Part shown: positions 51,552 to 61,147 of the stretch, piece after piece
Position numbering within the stretch: position 1 is the stretch's first letter
Layout of the letters: the number at the start of each line of letters is the position of its first letter
Source of the DNA: Phycisphaerales bacterium
GTDB lineage: Bacteria; Planctomycetota; Phycisphaerae; WQYP01
Assembly: GCA_027451365.1 (NCBI GenBank)
Contig: DAIDJN010000054.1
Location: forward strand, 1-64,000
Length of the DNA: 64,000 nt
Direction of reading: 5' to 3'
Program-made: the position numbers and the translations under genes
The notes under the pieces: model-generated
Told to the model about the DNA's origin: nothing
The model's database searches: none
What the model saw: the letters and a program-made list of their open reading frames with translations, nothing else

Positions 51552-51707
51552 AAGCCCCGCGCATTTTCAAATGAATCGGTTAGCCCATCCACGGCCATTC
51601 GGACAGAGCGCCCGGTCCGACCGCTCGCATCAGGCCCATTCATATCCATGAGGATAATGTTAAATGACGCCTTGGCAACCAATATGCAGTCCGATGGGGG
51701 CATCGCG

Positions 51708-54700
51708 TCAGCGTCCGGCAATTCTCCGTCGTGCCAGCAGCGCCAACCCACCAACAGCAATAATCGCCAGTGCCGCGGGTTCAGGCGTAGACGCCGGTGT
51801 AACCGTGAAACTTGCCTGCGGCGTATTGAATTCAAGCTGAACGGCAAAGGGATTGGTACCGGGGACGATGTTGCCGATGGAGAACGTCGTCGCACCGCCG
51901 CCCGCCAGGCTGCTGAAATCAAACGTGTTGGTAGAGCCTGCATCGCCGCCGAAACCCGTATATGTGGTACCGTCCACGGTTATCGTCAGGTTGTCATAGC
52001 CGGATCGGAACGCATCAATTTTTGTAAACAATGCCCCGGATGTCATGGTATAAACCAGCGTTTCCCCGGCCGGATCGATCCAGCTTCCGCTGTAAACGTT
52101 GCTGAAACTTTCGCCGCCGTTGCCAAGGGCCGTGCCTATTTTCGCTGTGCCCGGACTGCCGCCGCCGCCGGGCGTGAATGCGAAGTTGGACAAAATAACT
52201 TCGTTGGGCTGACTGGCACCGGGACCATAGCTGACATTAAAGCTTCCAAAGCCATCAGTCGTTTCCACCGTTCCGCCGGAAATCGCGTTGCTGAAACTGC
52301 CGGTGATTCCGCCGGTGGCCTTAATGATGGTGAAAGAGTCCCCGGATGTGATGGTTTTCTGGAAATTATTAACGAATTGCACACCAAGCTGGCCGCCAGC
52401 GGTCATGGTCCCGCCGATCACCAGGTAATCGTAACCGTTGCTGGCGGTACCCTGGCCGGTACCCCCAATATGGAAATCAGTAGATGCGTTTGAGCTTCCG
52501 GAGTAATTATTGACGATAGTAAAAACACCGGCCACCCCGCTAAGTCCGCCACCGTATTGCGGATTGCCGGGACCAAAACTTCCACCCGTGTTATAAAAGC
52601 TTCCGGAAAAACTTCCGCCGTCGCCACCGCCGAATCCATATCCTCCACCCAGAGTAAAATTGCCGCCAAATAGAACGCCGCCACCACCACCACCACCACC
52701 ACCGCCACCGCCACCACCGCCAAAATAAGTGACGCCCGCAGTTTGGGTGTAATTGGTATGCACGTAAAGCGTCCCGCCGTTGGTCGCCTCCAGCGTACCT
52801 GAATTCGTGACCGTGCCGTAAATATTCAGCGTCTGGCCATTTACATCGGCATCAATCGTGCCGGTGTTGACCAGGCCGACATTGTAATTTCCGGCAGGAT
52901 CTCCAATCGTGCCGGCACCCTGAATAATACTGTTGTTGGTCAGTGAATCGGTGCCCTGGAAATCGGCACCCTGCAATAGAGCGGCACTCCCGTTGTTATC
53001 ATTCAGTTGAAGGACGCCACTGCCGTTCAGCACGACATTTCCTGAAATGGACAGTAGTTCACCGCTGTGAAAAATCATGGTGCCGGAATTGTTGATGGTT
53101 CCTTTGAGCGTCAGTCCGCCACTGTAGATGCCGCTGTTTAATGCGTTTAAATTTCCGTTCAGCGTCACTGGCGTCGTGGTTCCATCCAGCGTGCCGGAGT
53201 TTGCGTAAATTTGGGAATTTGCATCGGTGGTCAGCGTTCCGCCCTGCACGATACCGCCATTAAGCGCTACACTTCCGCCGCCGGTGGCCGACAGGCTGCC
53301 ACCCAGAATCGTGGCCCGGTCAAGATTCAGTACCGAGCCGGTGCCGGAGGCCAGAATGTTGCCACTGCTGTTGGCAATCAGACTGCCGCCAAGGTCCAGA
53401 GTAGCGCCACCGGTGGCCTCAAGCGTGCCGGAATTGGTAATACCGCTGTTTCCGCCATTGGAATAGATGTAAAGGGTTGCACCGCTGACATTTGCATTGA
53501 CCGTGCCGGAATTATTTAACAGGAAGCTGTTGGAAAAGCCGACGATACGGCCCGCTCCGGAAATAGTCGCTTGGTTGGTAAGCGTACTGTTAGAATCGTA
53601 CCCTTCCAAATAACTTCCCGAAGCCATGATTATACCGCCTGAGCCGGAAAGCGTCGTGGCACCGCGAAAATCAACGGTGCCCGCGCCATAACCGCCGCCA
53701 GCCGGGAGCGTGGAAAGCGATCCATCAAGCGTGATATTTCCGGAAAGATCGAGTGTGTCCGACGGGTTGACGGAAAAATTCGATGCCAGCGTCAGAGGCG
53801 AAACCGACCCATCGAATCGCGTCGTCTGATAGTGGCCCGAACCAAAAATCTTAATGACACCACCCGCCACCTCGTTTAACGTTCCCCCCTGCACTTGTGA
53901 CCCGTTCAATGCCACAACCGAGCCGGTGCCGCTGGCCAGTATGGTGCCACCCCCATCGCCGATAATGGCGTTGGAGGCAAATGCCAACGTGCCGCCGTTA
54001 GTCGCCTCGAGTGTGCCGGTGTTGGTGAAACTGTTCGCCCCACCCAGCAGGAGTGTCTTGCCGGTAGCGTTGGCATCCACGGTGCCGGAATTCGCGAAAC
54101 TGTTAAGATCAAAATTCGTCGCGCTGGAATTTCCCACCGTGCCCGAACCTTGAACTGTTCCTTGATTAATCAGCGAATCACTGATGTTTGTTGGGCTGCC
54201 ACCCAGAAAAGCCGTATTTCCGCCATTGTCGGCCAGGGTAATCGTTCCCTTGCCGGCAATGGTCGTAGGCCCGTTGATGTACAGCCAGGTGGCGTCACCG
54301 GTGCTGGTAATGTTGATCTGCCCGTTATTGGTAATAGTTCCCTGCAGCGTCAGCGAATACGCCGCCGTGGCGGATCCGCTGTCGGCCACATTAATTGTTG
54401 AGTTATTCGTCAGCCCGCCGGTGGGCGTGCCATCCAGAGTGGCCGAGGTAGCCACGAAGGACCCATTGCCCGCCAGGGAACCTCCGCCAACCGTAATGGC
54501 GAACAACTGAACCGTTGTGCCCGAATCGGCCTGAATTGTGCCGCCACCGTTGGCCAGCGGCCCTGTCCCGGTAAATTCCAGTGAACCATTTTGCACTTCC
54601 ACCAATCCGGCATTGGTTAAATCGGCGGCATAAAGAAAACTGCTGCCTGTGGTGTTCATATGGCCGCCAGTCAGGATGTCAATGGAATCGTTGAGATTTG

Positions 54701-56255
54701 AGGCGGCATTCTGATTTAATGTTCCGCCGGCGTACACGGTGATGGTTCCACCATACAGATCTGCATTGGTGGTCAGGGTTAATGTACCGGTGCCAGCAGC
54801 GCCGGTCGCGGTGCCGCCGACAAAAATGGACTTTGCACTTATAGTCCCATCAGAAGTTACATTTCCGTTAGAACCGGCTTGCGCGCCGATAAACATTTGA
54901 TTGATTGCGACATCGGCCCCGGTACCTAAAGTCAGACTGCCGCTGCCGGTATTCCCGACAATCAGATTATTGTTGGGGACATCCAGAGTTTGTCCAGACC
55001 CCAGCGAAAGACTTGTCCCCAGCGGACCGCCGGTGTCAATGATCAGGTCTGAATTGGTGATGCTTAATTTACCACCGGTGAACACAATAGTTCCGCCACC
55101 GTTGGTCAGGGCACCGGTATCCAGTTCGCCGCCGGAAATGGTCAATGAAGCTCCAGTGGCGACATTTGTGGTGCCGGAAATGGTCAATATCTGGCCGGGA
55201 ACGGTTTGCGGGGTCGCGCCGGTATATGGAACGTATGTAGTGGAATTCAGCGTGACCGCCGAGCCGAGCAGTCCGCCTCCGCCAACGGTTAAATTGCTGT
55301 TGGTTAAATCCAGTGTGCCGCCGGCAAAATTCAGCGTGCCGGAATTGATGATCGATGCGGTCCTTAGTTCTCCACTGTTTAAAGTGACCGTGGATCCGCT
55401 GTAAATGGTGGTCGCACCGGTGACCTGTACGCCATAGGAGCTGCTTCCATACAGGCCATTGCTGCCGTTAATAAGCAATGTGCCCGCACCACCGCCGCCG
55501 ATGGAGCTGCCGCCCACATACAGATTTCCGGTCACATTTAGGCCCGATGCGCTTCCGCCGCCACTGCATCCTCCGACATTGCTCATTTCAATATCTACTT
55601 TGCCAATCGAACCGGTCAGCGCGGCAATATCCACATCTCCACCGACGCTGGCGTAACCCGAGTTAACGGTTAAGGTGCCATTGCCGCCATAGCCGACAGC
55701 CATCGATCCGGAAAGCCGCAAGGCGTTACCGCCAAAACTGGTGCCCGGGTTGCCAATGTTCATAACGCCCACACTGCCGCTGCTTTCGCCAATGGTGGCG
55801 TTCACGCCGGAAACCGGTTCAAATCCGCTGGTTCCCAGGGTTAAGGTTGCCGCAGTGTCGGTGGCACTATCGCCGACAACAAGCGATTCATTTCCTGAAC
55901 CGATTCCACCTGTTCCACTCAGGGTGTAAATATATCCACCGGACGCGAGGCTGACGGTGTTGTTATCCACAAGCATCTGGCTGGAATAGGTGGCGGCACC
56001 AAGCGATACGGTATAGGCGCTTCCCGTACCAAGATCGAACACCGCGATATTCGCCGCCGTCGGCACGCTGCCCGTGCTCCAGTTGCCGGTGGTTTGAAAC
56101 ATGCCATTGCCCGCATTGCCGGTCCAGTTATCGGGTGTCGACGGCGTCACCGACGAGGCGATGGCCGGTCCGGAAATTGCAATTGCGGCGGCGAGGCTTA
56201 ATAAACCAAGGCGACGGCCGGAAATTTCGGATTTAAACGACAAGTCGGTTCGCAT
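51708..56255 (-). CDS. large Gly/Thr/Asn-rich beta-helical surface protein with PEP-CTERM anchor
   Basis: Signal peptide; WTG...G......NW; repeated N(S/T)GTLEAT.G.TL units; C-terminal TPEPAAL-TM-RRR. Confidence 0.88.
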   Translation of the reverse strand: MRTDLSFKSEISGRRLGLLSLAAAIAISGPAIASSVTPSTPDNWTGNAGNGMFQTTGNWSTGSVPTAANIAVFDLGTGSAYTVSLGAATYSSQMLVDNNTVSLASGGYIYTLSGTGGIGSGNESLVVGDSATDTAATLTLGTSGFEPVSGVNATIGESSGSVGVMNIGNPGTSFGGNALRLSGSMAVGYGGNGTLTVNSGYASVGGDVDIAALTGSIGKVDIEMSNVGGCSGGGSASGLNVTGNLYVGGSSIGGGGAGTLLINGSNGLYGSSSYGVQVTGATTIYSGSTVTLNSGELRTASIINSGTLNFAGGTLDLTNSNLTVGGGGLLGSAVTLNSTTYVPYTGATPQTVPGQILTISGTTNVATGASLTISGGELDTGALTNGGGTIVFTGGKLSITNSDLIIDTGGPLGTSLSLGSGQTLDVPNNNLIVGNTGSGSLTLGTGADVAINQMFIGAQAGSNGNVTSDGTISAKSIFVGGTATGAAGTGTLTLTTNADLYGGTITVYAGGTLNQNAASNLNDSIDILTGGHMNTTGSSFLYAADLTNAGLVEVQNGSLEFTGTGPLANGGGTIQADSGTTVQLFAITVGGGSLAGNGSFVATSATLDGTPTGGLTNNSTINVADSGSATAAYSLTLQGTITNNGQINITSTGDATWLYINGPTTIAGKGTITLADNGGNTAFLGGSPTNISDSLINQGTVQGSGTVGNSSATNFDLNSFANSGTVDANATGKTLLLGGANSFTNTGTLEATNGGTLAFASNAIIGDGGGTILASGTGSVVALNGSQVQGGTLNEVAGGVIKIFGSGHYQTTRFDGSVSPLTLASNFSVNPSDTLDLSGNITLDGSLSTLPAGGGYGAGTVDFRGATTLSGSGGIIMASGSYLEGYDSNSTLTNQATISGAGRIVGFSNSFLLNNSGTVNANVSGATLYIYSNGGNSGITNSGTLEATGGATLDLGGSLIANSSGNILASGTGSVLNLDRATILGGSLSATGGGSVALNGGIVQGGTLTTDANSQIYANSGTLDGTTTPVTLNGNLNALNSGIYSGGLTLKGTINNSGTMIFHSGELLSISGNVVLNGSGVLQLNDNNGSAALLQGADFQGTDSLTNNSIIQGAGTIGDPAGNYNVGLVNTGTIDADVNGQTLNIYGTVTNSGTLEATNGGTLYVHTNYTQTAGVTYFGGGGGGGGGGGGGGGVLFGGNFTLGGGYGFGGGDGGSFSGSFYNTGGSFGPGNPQYGGGLSGVAGVFTIVNNYSGSSNASTDFHIGGTGQGTASNGYDYLVIGGTMTAGGQLGVQFVNNFQKTITSGDSFTIIKATGGITGSFSNAISGGTVETTDGFGSFNVSYGPGASQPNEVILSNFAFTPGGGGSPGTAKIGTALGNGGESFSNVYSGSWIDPAGETLVYTMTSGALFTKIDAFRSGYDNLTITVDGTTYTGFGGDAGSTNTFDFSSLAGGGATTFSIGNIVPGTNPFAVQLEFNTPQASFTVTPASTPEPAALAIIAVGGLALLARRRIAGR
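52677..52721 (-). repeat. poly-Gly tract (15 codons) including a (GGT)7 microsatellite
   Basis: (ACC)7 at 52683..52703 on the + strand, flanked by GCC/ACC triplets. Confidence 0.9.
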
Positions 56256-57066
56256 GATGGCTCCTTTGCGTACAAGCGGTTGGATTGTAAAGCCCGATTG
56301 TTCACAATCAGGCAGTAAATATATCTGTAATAGTCAATAGTTTCTCTTCGCGCCCGCGTGATTGCCCTGATTTCCGATGGGCATCTGATTGCCGGCAAGG
56401 AGCCGTATGATGCTGGTTAAAAATCAGGGTGAATCGTTCCAGGCAATTTCGGGTCAGTTGCGGCCATACAGGCAGATCTGCGGAGTTCCGCCGAGGTGAA
56501 TGCCAGGCCCACGACACAAACCGCGGGGCCGCCGATTTGCACGGGCCATTGCCCGAACATTCTGTGCGATCAGACAGGAACCAACCTGTGCCGGCGGCAA
56601 ACATCACTGCTGCTCTCCAAGGTCATTGCGGGAGTCGCAACCGGGTTTCGACCGTACCATTCCGTGGCAGATATGACGAATTGATTTTGAGATAACTGCT
56701 CTCAACACCCATTATTCTCATATTTCCAATGTTCCGCGTGTTTCCGGTTGCACCAAATACCGCAACGAACTGTGGCCAGTTTAACCCTCACCGCAGACTT
56801 TGTCAAAAACAATCCTAGATAACTGGATGGCTTCAGATATTTGACCGCTTGCCTGCGGCCCATTTTGGGGCGATTCGCCACGCCCCCGACGGCTTGCCGG
56901 CACACCGGGCGGATTCGGAATCTGGCAAGGTCACCGTTGGGCGTGCGGAAGTATGCCCTGGCTGGAAACCGCCGAGGTCCGGAAGGCCGCAATTGACCGA
57001 TGGTACGCAGACCGGGGGCGGCCAGTTTTGCGGGCCGCAGCCCGTCTGGTAAACTGAAAAGCGAAA

Positions 57067-57738
57067 ATGACCGACCGATCGCCTGCTGCTGAATTCCATG
57101 CAATCAAACCCGTCATAGGTTTGACCGGCGGAATCGGCGCGGGAAAGTCTGCCGTGGCCCAGGCATTTGGCCAGATTGGCTGTGCGATTATTGATTCGGA
57201 CCGTCTGGCCCATGAAGCAATTGATGAGCCAATAAATATTGCGCAATTGCGAAACTGGTGGGGAGATGCCATTTTGACGACCGGCGGGCGGGTAAACCGT
57301 GCGGCGGTCGGACGAATTGTATTTGCCGACCATGCGCAATTGCAACGATTAAACGGACTGTTGCACCCGGTGGTGCTGGAGAAGAGAAAAATTCTTGTGC
57401 GAAAATACCAGTTGCAGTCGCAAATTCAGGCGATCATAATGGATACGCCATTGCTTTTGGAAAATGGCCTGCAAACTGAATGCGACGCAGTTGTTTTCGT
57501 AAATGCGTCAGATAGTGTTCGATTCAGTCGTGTGCAGGCGGCCCGCGGCTGGAATGCCGAGCAGTTGCGGGCACGGGAAAAAAATCAACTGTCGCTGGAC
57601 ATAAAACGCAAAATGGCGCAATATGTTATTGAAAATGATGGTGATCCGTCGGCCACCCTCATCCAAGTCCGCCAGACGCTTGATCAGATTTTATCCAGGT
57701 TTAAGCGGTTGCGGATTTCGCCTGAAACGTTGCACTGA
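57067..57738 (+). CDS. coaE: dephospho-CoA kinase
   Basis: IGLTGGIGAGKS, L..LLHP, D.PLLLE, VIENDG motifs. Confidence 0.95.
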   Translation: MTDRSPAAEFHAIKPVIGLTGGIGAGKSAVAQAFGQIGCAIIDSDRLAHEAIDEPINIAQLRNWWGDAILTTGGRVNRAAVGRIVFADHAQLQRLNGLLHPVVLEKRKILVRKYQLQSQIQAIIMDTPLLLENGLQTECDAVVFVNASDSVRFSRVQAARGWNAEQLRAREKNQLSLDIKRKMAQYVIENDGDPSATLIQVRQTLDQILSRFKRLRISPETLH

Positions 57739-58259
57739 TTCCAATTGAAATGGTGGTAACGCGAGAAAACAGTTGGGCTGAAACATTTCAGCGGAAATGC
57801 GAAAAGTCGTTTTGCATATGCAGGTGACCGTCGACAGCCAGCGGCTGCGGTATTAAGTGGTTGTCGATACTGCAAAACGTGCTCTTGCCAATTGGTGAAT
57901 GGTTTGCTACTATACTGCACGGGTTGAGCGAGAACCAAGCCATGCAGCCCTTGGGTTTCCCAAAATGTATCGGTAAAGAATTCATTTGAAGTTCTATTTG
58001 AGTTCTAAAGGGTTTGCCCGGTTTTGACCGATAATTGAGTCAGGTGAAGCAACCCTTTGTTTGACTCCAGACGGCCACAGCGGCCGAAAAGGCGTTATTC
58101 AGCAGCAATCACACTTGTCACATAAACATTCCCAGGTCGAAGGCACTGTGCAATTGACCTGTCTTATTGGATTCCCGGACGGTTGTTTCACTTTTCCGCC
58201 GGGTGAATGGGTTTTCCCCATAACATTTGCCGCAAAAGTATTTAACAGGAGGCCATATC

Positions 58260-59804
58260 ATGGCACGTACCACAAAAAAGAAAGCAGCTCCCGCACCCGT
58301 TGAGGAAGCACCAGCCAGCGCGACCGAAGTGCTTGAAGCCCCCGATTCCGCACAAACCGCCGTCGAAGAACCTGCCGCTAAAGCCGAAGCGGCTGCGACA
58401 CCCGCGGCTGAAGTTGACGGCAACCGAATCCCCGGCATGATGGATGAAGCCCTGATCGGCTCGGCGATGGTCGGTGCCGGACCGATAGAGGAAGATGAGA
58501 TCATCTACGATGAAGAGACACATCAGAAATATGAACAGGTGAAACGCAGCGAATTGCACCTGATTGACCTGCAGAAGATGACGGTTTCCGAGTTGCACGA
58601 AATTTGCAAAAAGGAAGTCATTGAAGACTATATTGGTCTTAAAAAACAGGACCTTATCTTCAAGATTCTTAAGAAACGCATCACCGATAACGGCATGATG
58701 GTGGGTGAAGGCGTTCTGGAAATTCTGCCCGACGGCTTCGGCTTTCTGCGGTCGCCGGAATACAACTATATCCCGTGCCCGGATGATATTTACGTATCTC
58801 CTTCACAGATCCGCCGCTTTGGTCTGCGGAACGGCAACATAATTACCGGGCAGATCCGTCCTCCCAAGGAATCGGAACGTTATTTCGCGCTTCTGCGGGT
58901 GGAAGCCATCAATTTTGAAGACCCCAATATGCTCACCGAAAAGGTGAACTTTGAAGACTTAACGCCACTGCACCCCAACAAACGGTTTTTCCTGGAAACG
59001 ACGCCGGAAGAAATCAACATGCGCATTGTGGATATTGTCACACCTATCGGCAAAGGCCAGCGCATGCTGATTGTCGCGCCACCGCGGACAGGCAAAACTG
59101 TGCTGCTGCAGAAAATCGCCAATGCCATCAGCACCAATCATCCGGAAGTTTATCTTATTATATTGCTGATCGACGAACGGCCTGAAGAAGTGACCGAAAT
59201 GCAACGCGCCACCAAGGCGGAAGTGGTCAGCTCCACGTTTGATGAACCGGCCAGCCGCCATGTCAGCGTGGCGGAAACCGTTATTGAAAAAGCCAAGCGG
59301 CTGGTGGAATATGGCCGCGATGTGGTGATTCTGCTGGACTCGATTACCCGTCTGGCCCGCGCGTACAACACGGAAGTGCCTCATTCAGGTAAAATCCTGA
59401 CCGGTGGCGTGGACGCCAACGCCTTGCAGAAACCGAAGCGATTTTTCGGTGCGGCCCGCAATATTGAAGAAGGCGGTTCGCTTACCATTATCGGCACCGC
59501 TCTGGTGGACACCGGTTCAAAAATGGACGAAGTCATCTTTGAAGAATTCAAAGGTACCGGCAACAGCGAACTGCATCTGGATCGCCGCCTCGTCGAACGG
59601 CGTACCTATCCGGCCATCAATATCGCGGCAAGCGGAACCCGTAAAGAGGAACTGCTGCTGGATAAACGAGAACTGGAGCTGATTTACCGTCTGCGCAAAG
59701 TCCTTTCGGACATGAACGCGATTGAAGCGGTTGAACTGCTGAAAAACCGGTTGGAGAAAAAAGGCACCAACCGCGAATTTCTGCTTACGATGAATCTGGA
59801 TTAA
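58260..59804 (+). CDS. rho: transcription termination factor Rho
   Basis: [64 protein letters not shown]. Confidence 0.98.
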   Translation: MARTTKKKAAPAPVEEAPASATEVLEAPDSAQTAVEEPAAKAEAAATPAAEVDGNRIPGMMDEALIGSAMVGAGPIEEDEIIYDEETHQKYEQVKRSELHLIDLQKMTVSELHEICKKEVIEDYIGLKKQDLIFKILKKRITDNGMMVGEGVLEILPDGFGFLRSPEYNYIPCPDDIYVSPSQIRRFGLRNGNIITGQIRPPKESERYFALLRVEAINFEDPNMLTEKVNFEDLTPLHPNKRFFLETTPEEINMRIVDIVTPIGKGQRMLIVAPPRTGKTVLLQKIANAISTNHPEVYLIILLIDERPEEVTEMQRATKAEVVSSTFDEPASRHVSVAETVIEKAKRLVEYGRDVVILLDSITRLARAYNTEVPHSGKILTGGVDANALQKPKRFFGAARNIEEGGSLTIIGTALVDTGSKMDEVIFEEFKGTGNSELHLDRRLVERRTYPAINIAASGTRKEELLLDKRELELIYRLRKVLSDMNAIEAVELLKNRLEKKGTNREFLLTMNLD

Positions 59805-59889
59805 CCGCTACGCGGCATTGACGGCGTGGCGAATATTTTCGGGAAGTCAGGGTATTATTTAGCGGCTGGCAAAAAGCGGCAGATTTGCG

Positions 59890-61086
59890 ATGATGACCAA
59901 AGCGAACACCCAATCGCCGCCTGTTTACAGCGCCGCACCCGGTCGCACGGGTAAGCCCGTTGTCCTTTGGCTTCAGCCCGGCCCCGAACACTATTTTGTG
60001 GCCATGCTGGACAAACTCAACACCATGTCGGGATCGGTTCGCTTTCACGCGCTTTACCTGAACGATGAAAAGCCAAATTCAGCTCCGCAACTCGTGCTGA
60101 AACATACGCCTGCCACTTTTGTCGGATCGCGGAGGGCGTCAAACGGAATCGCCGCCCGGTCCGTGCTGGACGCAATCAGTTTTGATGCCGCCATTGTTGG
60201 CGGATACAACACCGCCTTTCGCCGCGCGGCAATTCGATATTGCGGTACCCGTGGACTGCCCGTGGTCATGTTTGCCGACAGCAATTTGCGATCCGACCGG
60301 GGAACCGCAATAAAAACAAAACTCAAACGGCTGGTCAAGCATCTTTACCTGCGGCGACTCTGCCGTTCTTTGGATGCGATTGTGCCATGCAACCGGCTCG
60401 GAATTGCTTATTGGCGCTATTATGGCGCCCAACCGCGGCAGATTCACAGAAGTACCTATTTCTGCAGCCTGCCGGATCTTGCCGCTGCCGAACAGACCAG
60501 TCGCGCCCGCGTACTGGAACGCTATCAGATTCCCATCAACAGTCGCGTGCTGTTTACCGCCGCGCGGCTGGTGCCGGTGAAGGCCTTGCATCTGATGATT
60601 CAGGCATTTACCGAAGCGAAGTTCGGAGATAAAGGCTGGATTTGGTTGATCGCCGGTTCCGGGCCATTGCGCGATGAACTGACAGCCGCCGCAAAAAGGG
60701 CGGCCGGAGACCGCATACGCTTTCTGGGATTTGTACCACCCGAGGATGTCAAGGCCCTGGCGCGGCACAGCGAGCTTTTCGTACTGCCATCCATTTATGA
60801 GCCTCACGGAATTGTCGTACCCGAAGCGCTGGCCGTGGGAACTCCAGTGATTGCATCCGACATATGCGGTGCGGCACATGATCTGGTGGAGGAAGGAAAG
60901 ACCGGCTGGATTTTCAAAAACGGATCGGTGCAAAGCCTTCGCGAAAAACTGGTGCTCGCAACAGATAATCTGGAGGGGTTGGCCGCGATGCGGCCCGCGT
61001 GCCGTGCCAGGTTTCTGGCCTGGTACGAACGCTTCGGCCCCGAGCATGTCTTCCCCGAACTTCTGCGTCGGCTTCTAATCCGTTAG
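59890..61086 (+). CDS. glycosyltransferase family 4
   Basis: ARLVPVKAL, AGSGPLR, FVLPSIYEPHGIVVPEALAVGTPVIAS. Confidence 0.9.
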   Translation: MMTKANTQSPPVYSAAPGRTGKPVVLWLQPGPEHYFVAMLDKLNTMSGSVRFHALYLNDEKPNSAPQLVLKHTPATFVGSRRASNGIAARSVLDAISFDAAIVGGYNTAFRRAAIRYCGTRGLPVVMFADSNLRSDRGTAIKTKLKRLVKHLYLRRLCRSLDAIVPCNRLGIAYWRYYGAQPRQIHRSTYFCSLPDLAAAEQTSRARVLERYQIPINSRVLFTAARLVPVKALHLMIQAFTEAKFGDKGWIWLIAGSGPLRDELTAAAKRAAGDRIRFLGFVPPEDVKALARHSELFVLPSIYEPHGIVVPEALAVGTPVIASDICGAAHDLVEEGKTGWIFKNGSVQSLREKLVLATDNLEGLAAMRPACRARFLAWYERFGPEHVFPELLRRLLIR

Positions 61087-61147
61087 CCACAACCGATGCA
61101 ATTGGCCCAACCGGGCCGCCTGCCAAACCCAATCTGTCGCGTGTCGG

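Noticed and set aside
51638..51665. TAATGTTAAAT resembling the XerD arm of dif
   Set aside because: No XerC arm at 6-bp spacing, and the parS sites argue against a terminus location.
56965..56995. AGGTCCGGAAGG, identical to part of the SRP (4.5S) RNA helix 8
   Set aside because: The flanks are GAGG/CGCA rather than CAGG/AGCA and do not pair into the SRP stem. An Rfam scan would settle it.
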